Positions 9,544 to 18,141 of a stretch of DNA of 64,000 nucleotides are shown piece after piece. The position numbers and the translations under genes are program-made. The notes below the pieces were generated by a model. The model worked only from the letters and a program-made list of their open reading frames with translations, searched no databases and was not told the DNA's origin. Each line of letters opens with the position of its first letter. The stretch's first letter is position 1. Origin of the DNA: Betaproteobacteria bacterium (lineage in GTDB: Bacteria > Pseudomonadota > Gammaproteobacteria > Burkholderiales > SG8-41); assembly GCA_023266235.1 (NCBI GenBank), contig JAHFRL010000009.1:1820-65819 (forward strand), in the 5' to 3' direction.

Positions 9544-9837
9544 CTACTTGCCGCACAGCTCGACGCAGCGGGCCTTGGCATATTGCAGGGCGTTAAAGCC
9601 GAGACCGCTCAACGTGTGGTCTTCACTGCGAAAGATGCACGGCACCTCGCCATAGGCCTGGAACTTGGCATAGAGCTGATCGCCCGCCATGCCCGCCGTG
9701 AATTCGCGCAGCAACGCCTCGTCGATCGTGCGTTTCGAGGCCGCGATCGCCTCCTCGAGCGTTGCGTAGTCGCCGACGTGCCGCAATGCTTTTTCGGCGT
9801 TGTCGGATTTGCTGTAAGCCTCAACGAAGAATGTCAT
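9544..9837 (-). CDS. Hypothetical protein (97 aa)
   Basis: Globular-looking composition (YATLEEAIAASKRTIDE, YGEVPCIF, YAKARCVELC); ends at the shared terminator. Confidence 0.7.
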   Translation of the reverse strand: MTFFVEAYSKSDNAEKALRHVGDYATLEEAIAASKRTIDEALLREFTAGMAGDQLYAKFQAYGEVPCIFRSEDHTLSGLGFNALQYAKARCVELCGK

Positions 9838-9954
9838 CGGTTCACCCGCGCACGAATTGGCCGCTGTTGGGAGCGGCAGTGCTGAAAAGGTTACTACACC
9901 ACGCCGGGTTGTCCTAGTCCCGGTCCAGCTCGCGCTGCCGGGCCGCCCCCCGCC

Positions 9955-11004
9955 TCACTCGACTTTAAGCCTGGCCAGGCGGATCGCCTCGCCGAAGCGC
10001 GCGTATTCCGCATTGATGAATTTGGTGAATTCCGCGGGTGTGCTCGTCACCGGCTCGCCGCCCTGGCGCTCCAGCAGCTCGCGCGTGGCCGGGTTGCTGA
10101 TCACCCTGACGAGCGTCGCATACAGCTTGTCGAAGATCGGCCTGGGGACTCCTTTCGGCACCATCAGCCCGGACCAGCCCGTCGAGACATAACCCGGCAC
10201 GCCGGCCTCGCTGATGGTGGGAAGCTCCGGCGTAATCGACGAGCGCTGCTCGCCGCCGGTCGCCAGCGCGCGCAGCCGCCCCGACCGCACATGGGCGAGC
10301 ACCGCGGGTCCGGGTGCGATCGTGAACTGCGACTCGTTGCCCATCACCGCGATCAACGAGGCGCCGCCTTTGTAGGGCACGTGGTGCACCTCGATGCCGG
10401 TCGCGTGCGTGAACAGCACGCACGCGAGGTGGCTCTGGAAGCCGGAGCCGGCGTTCGACATGTTGAGCTTGCCCGGATTCGCCTTGGCGTAGGCGATCAA
10501 CTCCTTCACGCCATTGACGGGGAGGCTCGGGTGCACGACCAGCATGTTCTGCGTGACCGCGAACAGCGAAAGCGGCGCAAAATCGTTGACCGGATGATAG
10601 TTGAGCTTCTTGTAGATCTGCGGCGTGATCACCTGCATACCGGTCGAATTGATCAAGAGCGTGTAGCCGTCGGGCGCCGCGTGCGCGGCAAGTTCGGCGC
10701 CGATGATGCCGCCCGCGCCGCCGCGATTGTCGGATACGACCTGCTGACCCAGAGCCTCGCCGATGCGCACGCCCATCACCCGGGCCAGCGTGTCAACGGA
10801 AGTCCCGGTCGTGTTCGCGATGATGAGGCGTAGCGGCTTGCTCGGATAGGCGGCAGCGGTTTCGGCCGCCGTCGCCAGCCCCTGGGACAGGCAACACGCT
10901 GCGGCCGATGCCAACGCACCGCGGCACCAAGTGCCGAGTGCAGAGTGATGAGTGCAGAGTGATTTCAGTTCCGCGCTTTGCGCACCGTAATCTGCGATCT
11001 GCAT
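9955..11004 (-). CDS. Bug/TctC substrate-binding protein (start uncertain; repeat arm inside the N-terminus)
   Basis: YPSKPLRLII, DNRGGAGGIIG, PDGYT, HVPYKGG. Confidence 0.9.
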   Translation of the reverse strand: MQIADYGAQSAELKSLCTHHSALGTWCRGALASAAACCLSQGLATAAETAAAYPSKPLRLIIANTTGTSVDTLARVMGVRIGEALGQQVVSDNRGGAGGIIGAELAAHAAPDGYTLLINSTGMQVITPQIYKKLNYHPVNDFAPLSLFAVTQNMLVVHPSLPVNGVKELIAYAKANPGKLNMSNAGSGFQSHLACVLFTHATGIEVHHVPYKGGASLIAVMGNESQFTIAPGPAVLAHVRSGRLRALATGGEQRSSITPELPTISEAGVPGYVSTGWSGLMVPKGVPRPIFDKLYATLVRVISNPATRELLERQGGEPVTSTPAEFTKFINAEYARFGEAIRLARLKVE

Positions 11005-11080
11005 TTTTTCTTTCCTCCTCATCTTTTGTTTTTCACTATTCACTCTTCATTCCGCACTCTGCATTCATCACTCATCACCC
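10925..11080. repeat. 7-bp-period inverted-arm element
   Basis: aagtgcc-gagtgca-gagtgat-gagtgca-gagtga, AT-rich spacer, then cactatt-cactctt-cattccg-cactctg-cattcat-cactcat-cac. Confidence 0.85.
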
Positions 11081-11301
11081 TTTATTCTTCCCTGCGCGCC
11101 GCGCCCATTCTGCCGGTGCCGGCGATGCCGATTTTCAATTGTGCTCCCCGTACGGGATTTCCTTTGAGGTGTTAAGTTGACATGCGCCGCACGCCGAGTC
11201 AAATTAGCGCACCCCAGTCCAAAGCTGAACCGCAAAGGACGCGAACGGCCTCAAACTGAGACACCACCTATTGAGCATCACCTGACTCGGTGACAAAGTT
11301 C

Positions 11302-11327
11302 GTCGTCCCTGCGGAGGCGGGGACCCA
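11302..11327. repeat. REP-like GC hairpin
   Basis: gtcgtccctgc-ggag-gcggggaccca, followed by tggattc. Confidence 0.5.
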
Positions 11328-11351
11328 CGTTTTCCATTCTGGATTCAGCCC

Positions 11352-12356
11352 ATGCAAGCTGCCTGGTACGAAAAAAACGGCCCTGCCCGCGAGGTGATCA
11401 AGGTCGGCGAGCTGCCCGACCCGCAGCCGGGTTCCGGCGAAGTGCGGGTTCGCATCCACGTTTCCGGCGTCAATCCATCGGACGTGAAGCGCCGCCTCGG
11501 CAATCTCGGACAAACGGTCAGCGTGCCGCGCATCGTTCCGCACAGCGATGGCGCGGGCGTGATCGATGCCGTCGGCGACGGCGTGCCGAAAGCGCGCATC
11601 GGCGAGCGCGTGTGGCTCTACAACGCGCAATGGCAGCGCGCGTTCGGCACCTGCGCGGAGTATTGCTGCGTGCCGCAAGCGCTGGCGTGCCGCCTGCCGG
11701 ACAGCGTCGATTTCGCCGCCGGCGCGAACATGGGCATACCGGCGATGACCGCGCATCGCGCGGTGTTCTGCCGCGGCAAAGTGCGCGGGAAGACCGTGCT
11801 GGTCACCGGCGGCGCGGGCGCGGTCGGCCACTACGCAGTGCAAATCGCCAAATGGGCCGGGGCGCGCGTTATCGCGACCGTGAGCTCGGAGCGGAAAGCG
11901 GCACTCGCGCACGCGGCGGGTGCCGATGAAATCATCGACTATCGCCGCGACGATGTTGCCGCGCGCGTGCAGCTGATGACCGTGGGCGCAGGCATTGATC
12001 ACGTCGTCGAGGTCGATTTCGGCGCGAACATCCGGACCAGCGTCAAGGTGCTGAAGCCGAACGGGACGATCGCGGCGTATGCATCCTCGCGGGCACCCGA
12101 GCCGGTATTGCCGTATTACCCCTTGATGACGCGCGGCATCGGCATCGACCTCGTGTACGTCTACATCCTGCCGCCGGAGGCGCGCGCACAGGCGCTGGCC
12201 GATCTCGACACGCTGCTCGGCGCCGGGCTTTTGCAGCATAATATCGGCGCGCGCTTCGCGCTCGCTCAAACCGCGGCTGCGCACGAGGCGCAGGAGTCGG
12301 GTCAGGTGACCGGTAACATCGTGATCGACGTGGCGCGCGCTGCCCCGGCTGGGTGA
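11352..12356 (+). CDS. NADPH:quinone reductase (MDR/zeta-crystallin family)
   Basis: SGVNPSDVK, PHSDGAG, TGGAGAVG. Confidence 0.92.
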   Translation: MQAAWYEKNGPAREVIKVGELPDPQPGSGEVRVRIHVSGVNPSDVKRRLGNLGQTVSVPRIVPHSDGAGVIDAVGDGVPKARIGERVWLYNAQWQRAFGTCAEYCCVPQALACRLPDSVDFAAGANMGIPAMTAHRAVFCRGKVRGKTVLVTGGAGAVGHYAVQIAKWAGARVIATVSSERKAALAHAAGADEIIDYRRDDVAARVQLMTVGAGIDHVVEVDFGANIRTSVKVLKPNGTIAAYASSRAPEPVLPYYPLMTRGIGIDLVYVYILPPEARAQALADLDTLLGAGLLQHNIGARFALAQTAAAHEAQESGQVTGNIVIDVARAAPAG

Positions 12357-12471
12357 TCACGAACGACCAGTTCTACGAGAAGCTCCGCACAGGAGACACG
12401 CCGGCGCGATTGGATTACGCTGCGCCTGTAGCTGCATCCGCAAAATAAACCACTAAAGGAGACAATGCAAA

Positions 12472-13722
12472 ATGACATTCAACCGCAGGCAATTCATACA
12501 AGCGGCCGGTGCCGGGCTCGGCGCATCCGCGCTCGGTATTCCTTCAATCGTGCGCGCGCAGGGCGCACCGATCCGGCTCGGTTTGATGACGGTGAAGACC
12601 GGGCCGCTCGCATCCGGCGGCCTCGACATGGAACGCGCGCTGATCATGTATCTGCGCGAGCGCGACTACACGCTCGCCGGCCGCAAGATCGAGCTCTTCG
12701 TGGGCGACAGCGGCGGCGTGCCGGCACAGGCGCGCAGCAAGATCCAGGAGTTGGTCGAGAAAGACCGCATCAACGTCATGATCGGGCCGCTGGCGGCCGG
12801 CGAAGCGCTCGCCACCGACGACTATATCCGCCAGCAGAGCCTGCCGACGTTGTCGGTCGCCGCCGCCGAGGACATGACGCAGCGCAAACCCAATCCGTGG
12901 TTCGTGCGCGGCACCTCGACCTCCGCGCAGTGCGCGCATCCGCTCGCCGACTACTGCTACAAGACGCTCAAGTACCGGCGCATGGCGGTGATCGCCGACG
13001 ACATTCCTTACGGCCACGAAATGTGCGCCGGCTTCCAGCGCGTGTTCGAGGACCTGGGCGGCAAGATCGTGCAGAAGACGTTCCCGCCGCTGACCGTGCC
13101 GGATTACGGCACTTACCTCGCGCAGCTGAAGACGAACATCGACGGCATCTTCCTCGGTTTCGCGGGCTCCAACGGCTTCCGCTACGTGCGCCAGTTCAAC
13201 GAGTACGGGCTGCGCGGCAAGGTGAATATCGTCGGCGGCATGACCGCGCTCGACGAGGCGGTGCTGCGCAACATGAAATACGAGGCGATCGGGATCATCA
13301 CGACCTGCTGGTACTCGGCCAAGCTCGACACTCCCCTCAACCAGAAATTCGTGGAGGCTTTCCGCGCCGAGGCCAAGTACGACCCGGGCTTCTACGCGGC
13401 CGCGACCTACGTCGAAGCGGCGGTGCTGGAAGCGGCGTTGAAGGCGGTCAAAGGCAGGATCGAGGACAAGACTGCATTCATGAAGGCGTTGCGCGGCATC
13501 AAGGTGGATACGGTGCGCGGACGGGTCGCATTCGACCAGTACGGCAACGTGGTCGGCAACGTCTACATCCGCAAGGTCGAGCGCGAGGAAGGGCGCCTGG
13601 TCAACACGGTGATTTACACCTATCCCAACGTGAGCCAGTTCTGGACCTACAAGCCGGAAGAGTTCCTGAAGAACCCGGTGTATTCGCGCGACTGGCCGCC
13701 AGCGAAAAACCTCGAGGGTTGA
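12472..13722 (+). CDS. Branched-chain amino acid-type ABC transporter substrate-binding protein, Tat-exported
   Basis: NRRQFI twin-arginine signal; TGPLASGG; leads a Liv-like operon. Confidence 0.9.
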   Translation: MTFNRRQFIQAAGAGLGASALGIPSIVRAQGAPIRLGLMTVKTGPLASGGLDMERALIMYLRERDYTLAGRKIELFVGDSGGVPAQARSKIQELVEKDRINVMIGPLAAGEALATDDYIRQQSLPTLSVAAAEDMTQRKPNPWFVRGTSTSAQCAHPLADYCYKTLKYRRMAVIADDIPYGHEMCAGFQRVFEDLGGKIVQKTFPPLTVPDYGTYLAQLKTNIDGIFLGFAGSNGFRYVRQFNEYGLRGKVNIVGGMTALDEAVLRNMKYEAIGIITTCWYSAKLDTPLNQKFVEAFRAEAKYDPGFYAAATYVEAAVLEAALKAVKGRIEDKTAFMKALRGIKVDTVRGRVAFDQYGNVVGNVYIRKVEREEGRLVNTVIYTYPNVSQFWTYKPEEFLKNPVYSRDWPPAKNLEG

Positions 13723-13728
13723 GACCCG

Positions 13729-13806
13729 GCGATTGAGTGATTGGGTGATTGAGCGATTGACTTGAGAAGCAATTCTCAATCGCTCAATCACTGTTCACCC
13801 AATTAC
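13729..13806. repeat. 8-bp-period inverted-arm element
   Basis: gattgagt-gattgggt-gattgagc-gattga ... tcaatcgc-tcaatcac, between the SBP and permease genes. Confidence 0.85.
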
Positions 13807-13818
13807 TCGCGCTAGCAC

Positions 13819-14676
13819 GTGCAGTTCTGGCTCATACAGACGCTCAACAGTCTCGCGCTCGGCGGGCTGCTGTTTCTGCTGTCGGCGGGATTCTCGCTGA
13901 TCTTCGGGCTGCTGCGGATCGCGAACCTCACGCATGGCGCGCTCTACATGCTCGGCGCCTACCTCGGCGCCAGCATCCTGAACTACGCGCCGAACCTGTG
14001 GCTCGCCGCGCTGCTCGGCGGGCTTCTCGTCGCGGCGTTCGGCGGGCTGTTCGAGCGCCTGATCCTGCGCCGGCTTCCCCGCAACGAGCTCGGCCAGGTG
14101 CTCGTGACGCTCGGCGTCGCCTACATCATCGCGGACCTGTGCCTCGTCGTCTGGGGCGGCGACCCGATCCCGGTGCCGACGCCGGAGGCGCTGCAGCAAC
14201 CGCTCGAGGTCGCGGGCTTCATGTTCCCGAGCTACCGGCTGGCCGTGGTCGCGATCGCGCTCGTCACCGGGATCCTGCTCTACCTGCTGATCGAGCGCAC
14301 GCGGCTCGGCGCGATGATACGGGCGGGAGTCGACGACATGCAGATGGCGCGCGCGGTCGGCATCCCGGTGTCCAGGCTGTTCACGACAGTGTTCTGTCTC
14401 GGGGCGGGACTCGCCGGCGCGGGCGGCATCATCGGCGGGCCGATCATGTCCGCTTACCCCGGTCTCGACTTCGACATGCTGCCGCTCGCGCTGATCGTCG
14501 TGATCCTCGGCGGCGTCGGCAGTCTCGTCGGCGCGTTCGTCGGCAGTTTCATCATCGGCTTCATCTATACGTTCGGCATCGCGCTGTTCCCGCAGCTCGC
14601 ATATGTGATTCTCTTTCTGCCGATGATCGTTGTTATCGCGTTCCGCCCGCGCGGACTGTTTGGGCGGGCGACGTGA
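13819..14676 (+). CDS. ABC permease, LivH-like
   Basis: GFSLIFG..NLTHG, TRLGAMIRA, VILGGVGS. Confidence 0.92.
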   Translation: MQFWLIQTLNSLALGGLLFLLSAGFSLIFGLLRIANLTHGALYMLGAYLGASILNYAPNLWLAALLGGLLVAAFGGLFERLILRRLPRNELGQVLVTLGVAYIIADLCLVVWGGDPIPVPTPEALQQPLEVAGFMFPSYRLAVVAIALVTGILLYLLIERTRLGAMIRAGVDDMQMARAVGIPVSRLFTTVFCLGAGLAGAGGIIGGPIMSAYPGLDFDMLPLALIVVILGGVGSLVGAFVGSFIIGFIYTFGIALFPQLAYVILFLPMIVVIAFRPRGLFGRAT

Positions 14677-15605
14677 ACCGCGCCGTATGGCTGACGGGAC
14701 TCGCGATCCTGCTGCTCGGCTACCCGTGGGTCGCCGGCGAGTTCTACATCAACCTGACGAGCCAGATCTTCATCGCGGCGATCTTCGCGGCGAGCCTCAA
14801 TCTGCTGGTCGGCTATGGCGGCCTGCCTTCCCTCGGTCATGCGGCGTTTCTCGGCATGGCGGCCTACATTTCGGCGCTGCTTTACCTGCACTTCGGATTC
14901 GCGCACTGGATCACGGGACCGATCGCGCTGCTCGCGACGACGCTGATGGCGTGCCTGTTCGGCCTCATTGCGCTGCGCGCCACCGGCCTCAGCTTCCTGA
15001 TGCTGACGCTCGCGCTGTCGCAGGTCCTGTGGGGAACCGCCTACCGCTGGGTGGCGGTGACCGAAGGCGATAACGGCCTGCGCGGCCTCACGCGCCCGGC
15101 GCCCTTCGGCATCAATCTCGACGACTCGATGACGTTCTACTACTTCGCGCTCATCGTCACCGCGTTTTCGATCTGGATGATCGCCAGGTTCGTGGCTTCG
15201 CCGTTCGGCACGGTGCTCAAAGGCACCCGCGACCAGCCGCGGCGCATGAGCGCGCTCGGTCACAACGTGTGGCTCGTGCGCTGGATCACTTTCGTCTATG
15301 CGGGGTTCTGGGGCGCCGTCTCGGGATTGTTGTTCGTGTATTACAACAAGTACATCCATCCGGCGTCGCTGTCGCTCACCAGTTCCGCGGAGGCGATCCT
15401 CGCGGTGATCGCCGGTGGCTCCGGTACCCTCGCGGGGCCGATCGTAGGCGCGGCGATCGTGGTGATCCTGAAGAACTACGTATCGGCGTACGTCAGGTAT
15501 TGGAACATGCTGCTCGGCTTCGTGTTCGTCGCGATCGTGATTTTCATGCCCGACGGCATCGTGCCGGGAATCCGCCGTCTGTGGGCGCGTTGGAGACGCC
15601 TATGA
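14673..15605 (+). CDS. ABC permease, LivM-like
   Basis: SLNLLVGYGGLPSLGHAAF, FLMLTLA, SPFG; GTGA overlap. Confidence 0.92.
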   Translation: MNRAVWLTGLAILLLGYPWVAGEFYINLTSQIFIAAIFAASLNLLVGYGGLPSLGHAAFLGMAAYISALLYLHFGFAHWITGPIALLATTLMACLFGLIALRATGLSFLMLTLALSQVLWGTAYRWVAVTEGDNGLRGLTRPAPFGINLDDSMTFYYFALIVTAFSIWMIARFVASPFGTVLKGTRDQPRRMSALGHNVWLVRWITFVYAGFWGAVSGLLFVYYNKYIHPASLSLTSSAEAILAVIAGGSGTLAGPIVGAAIVVILKNYVSAYVRYWNMLLGFVFVAIVIFMPDGIVPGIRRLWARWRRL

Positions 15606-16342
15606 CGCCCGCGCTCGAGATCAGCGGACTGAAGAAATCGTTCGGCGGGCTGCCCGCGATGAACGACGTGTCGCTCGCGGTGATGCCGGGCGAGCGCCGG
15701 CTCATCATCGGGCCGAACGGCGCCGGCAAGACGACGCTGTTCAACCTGATCACCGGCGATCTGCCGCGCGACCGCGGCACCATCAAGCTCTTTGGCGCGG
15801 AGGTTCAGCGGCTCAAGCCGCATCAGCGCGCTCACCGGGGGCTCGCGCGTACCTACCAGATCATCACTTTGTTTGCGCGCGATACCCTCGAGCACAACGT
15901 GGTGCTGTCGCTGCTCGGGCTCTCGGCGTCGCGCTGGAATGCGTTCGCGCCGCTCTCCAAAAACGCCCACCTGCGCGCGGAGGCGCGCCGCGTTCTCGGG
16001 CTGGTCGGGCTCGAGCACCTCGCGCAACGCGCATTGAGCGAAGCGTCGTACGGAGAGAAGCGGCGCGTCGAGATCGCGATGGCGCTCGCGCAGCAGCCGA
16101 AGCTGCTGCTGCTCGACGAGCCGCTCGCCGGGCTCTCGCGCGAGGAACGCGCCGCCGTGAAGCAGTTGATCGCGGGCATTCCGCGCGAAGTGACCGTGGT
16201 CATGATCGAGCACGACATGGACACGGCGCTCGACCTCGCGGAACGCATCACGGTGCTGCACTACGGCAGCGTGATCGTCGAAGGCACGCGCGCCGAAGTG
16301 GTCGCCGATCCAAAGACGCGCGAGGTGTACCTTGGCGACTGA
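15602..16342 (+). CDS. ABC ATPase, LivG-like
   Basis: GPNGAGKT, LLLLDEP, IEHD. Confidence 0.93.
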   Translation: MTPALEISGLKKSFGGLPAMNDVSLAVMPGERRLIIGPNGAGKTTLFNLITGDLPRDRGTIKLFGAEVQRLKPHQRAHRGLARTYQIITLFARDTLEHNVVLSLLGLSASRWNAFAPLSKNAHLRAEARRVLGLVGLEHLAQRALSEASYGEKRRVEIAMALAQQPKLLLLDEPLAGLSREERAAVKQLIAGIPREVTVVMIEHDMDTALDLAERITVLHYGSVIVEGTRAEVVADPKTREVYLGD

Positions 16343-17048
16343 GGCGCTGGGTTTGGCCGGGATCAACGCGCTGTACGGCGACAGCCACGTGCTGCACGAC
16401 GTTTCGTTCTCGTTCCACGCCGGGCGCGTGCTTGCACTGCTCGGCCGCAACGGCGCCGGCAAGACCACGTGCATGCATACGATCATCGGCTTCCTGCCAC
16501 CGCGCGACGGCGAGATCCGGCTCTTCGGCGAGCCAATCGGCGGGCTCGCCTCGGAGACAATCTCGCGCAAGGGCGTCGGTTTCGTGCCGCAGGGGCGGCG
16601 GATTTTCCCGACGCTCACGGTGCGCGAAAATCTGATCGTTGCGCGCCAGGCGCGCGGCGGGGCGCAGAAGTCGTGGACGTTCGAGCGAGTATGCGAGCTG
16701 TTCCCGCCGCTCAAGGCGCGGCTGCAGCAGCCTGCGGGATCGCTTTCCGGCGGCGAGCAGCAGATGCTCGCGATCGGGCGCGCGCTGATGGGCAATCCGC
16801 GCCTGCTGCTGATGGACGAGCCGTCGGAAGGGCTCGCGCCGCGGATCGTCGCCGAGATGCGGCGGACGATCGAGCGCCTGAAGGAGGAGGGACTGTCGAT
16901 CGTGCTCGTCGAGCAGAACGTCAAGCTCGCGCTCGACCTTGCCGATGACGTGGTGATGCTGAACACCGGCCGCGTGGCGTTCACGGGCGGTGTCGCCGAT
17001 GTGCGCGACAATGAGGCGCTGATCACGCAGCACCTCGGCGTATTTTAG
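16332..17048 (+). CDS. ABC ATPase, LivF-like
   Basis: GRNGAGKT, LSGGEQQ, LMDEPSEGL. Confidence 0.93.
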   Translation: MATEALGLAGINALYGDSHVLHDVSFSFHAGRVLALLGRNGAGKTTCMHTIIGFLPPRDGEIRLFGEPIGGLASETISRKGVGFVPQGRRIFPTLTVRENLIVARQARGGAQKSWTFERVCELFPPLKARLQQPAGSLSGGEQQMLAIGRALMGNPRLLLMDEPSEGLAPRIVAEMRRTIERLKEEGLSIVLVEQNVKLALDLADDVVMLNTGRVAFTGGVADVRDNEALITQHLGVF

Positions 17049-17084
17049 CCGTCCAGTTAATGCAAAAAAAGGAAAACCAACATC

Positions 17085-17243
17085 ATGTTCGCTCGCATCG
17101 CGCCGGGCTGCACCGACTACCCGTACGACATGGCCGAGGAAGATCCCATGGGGATGACCCGCAGCGTGCCGCGGCTCAAGCGCGCCGAACAGGACCAGAT
17201 CATGGGGACAAACGCGGCGCGCCTGTTGAAAATCAAAAGCTGA
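17085..17243 (+). pseudogene. C-terminal remnant of an amidohydrolase (ACMSD-like)
   Basis: Manual translation MFARIAPGCTDYPYDMAEEDPMG...DQIMGTNAARLLKIKS*; the TDYPYDM...NAARLL tail only. Confidence 0.7.
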
Positions 17244-17354
17244 CGCCCGGGGCGCTGGTCAACTTTCGCGCTTCGAGTTACAGTTCCCGCCTGGCCTGTC
17301 GCTGGCGGGCGGGCCCGACGTCATTCATTCACGCCTTCTTGCAAAGGAATTCCC

Positions 17355-17996
17355 ATGATTTACGAGGTGAGGACATACGATATCAAGCCGCATTCGCTGG
17401 CCGAAGTCGAAAAGCGCTTCGGCGAAGCCTACGAGCACCGCAAGAAACTCTCGCCGCTCGCGGCGTTCTGGCATACCGAAATCGGCCCGTTAAACCAGAT
17501 CATTCACGTCTGGCCGTACCAGGACCTCGAGGAGCGCGCGCGCATTCGCGCCGCGGCGGTCAAAGACCCCAACTGGCCGCCGAAGATCAGGGAGTTCATC
17601 GTCAATCAGCGCTCGGAAATTTTTATCCCGCTCTCGGTCTCGCCGGAATTGAAACCGGGCAAGATGGGTCCCTGCTTCGAGATGCGCACTTACAAGCTCG
17701 CCAGCGGTGCCGAGGTGCCGAAGCTCGTGAAGCTGTGGGAGCGAGGGATACCGGAACGCACCAAGTTCAGCCCGCTGTGCGCGGCGTGGATCTCTGAATT
17801 CGGGGCGCTCAACCGGTTCGTCCACATCTGGCCCTACAAGTCGGTCGACGAGCGCAACGAGATTCGCAAGAAAGCGCAGGCGACGGGCATGTGGCCGCCG
17901 TCGGTGCTCGCCAAAAAAGAAGGTCTGCCGCCCTATGAGATCATCACGCAGGAAAACAAGATCCTGATGCCGTCCGCGTTCTCGCCGCTGCAATAA
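17355..17996 (+). CDS. Tandem NIPSNAP domain protein
   Basis: Two repeats of YE.RTY...G.LN...H.WPY...ER...R. Confidence 0.9.
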   Translation: MIYEVRTYDIKPHSLAEVEKRFGEAYEHRKKLSPLAAFWHTEIGPLNQIIHVWPYQDLEERARIRAAAVKDPNWPPKIREFIVNQRSEIFIPLSVSPELKPGKMGPCFEMRTYKLASGAEVPKLVKLWERGIPERTKFSPLCAAWISEFGALNRFVHIWPYKSVDERNEIRKKAQATGMWPPSVLAKKEGLPPYEIITQENKILMPSAFSPLQ

Positions 17997-18009
17997 CGCG
18001 GTGGCGGGT

Positions 18010-18141
18010 TCAGCCGCCTGATTTCCTGCGATACTCGGCGATCTTCTTTTTCAGGTCGTCATACTCCTCGCACGGCAGCAGGCAGATTTTCCGCAGCGCC
18101 GCGAGCCGCTGCCTCGCTTCGCGGATCTTGGCGCGACTCAA
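18010..18141 (-). pseudogene. Probable C-terminal remnant of a TPR protein
   Basis: Manual translation (L)SRAKIREARQRLAALRKICLLPCEEYDDLKKKIAEYRRKSGG*. Confidence 0.5.

Noticed and set aside
12357-12449. Possible additional gene tail (ITNDQFYEKLRTGD...SAK*)
   Set aside because: I cannot assign it to any family; may be chance
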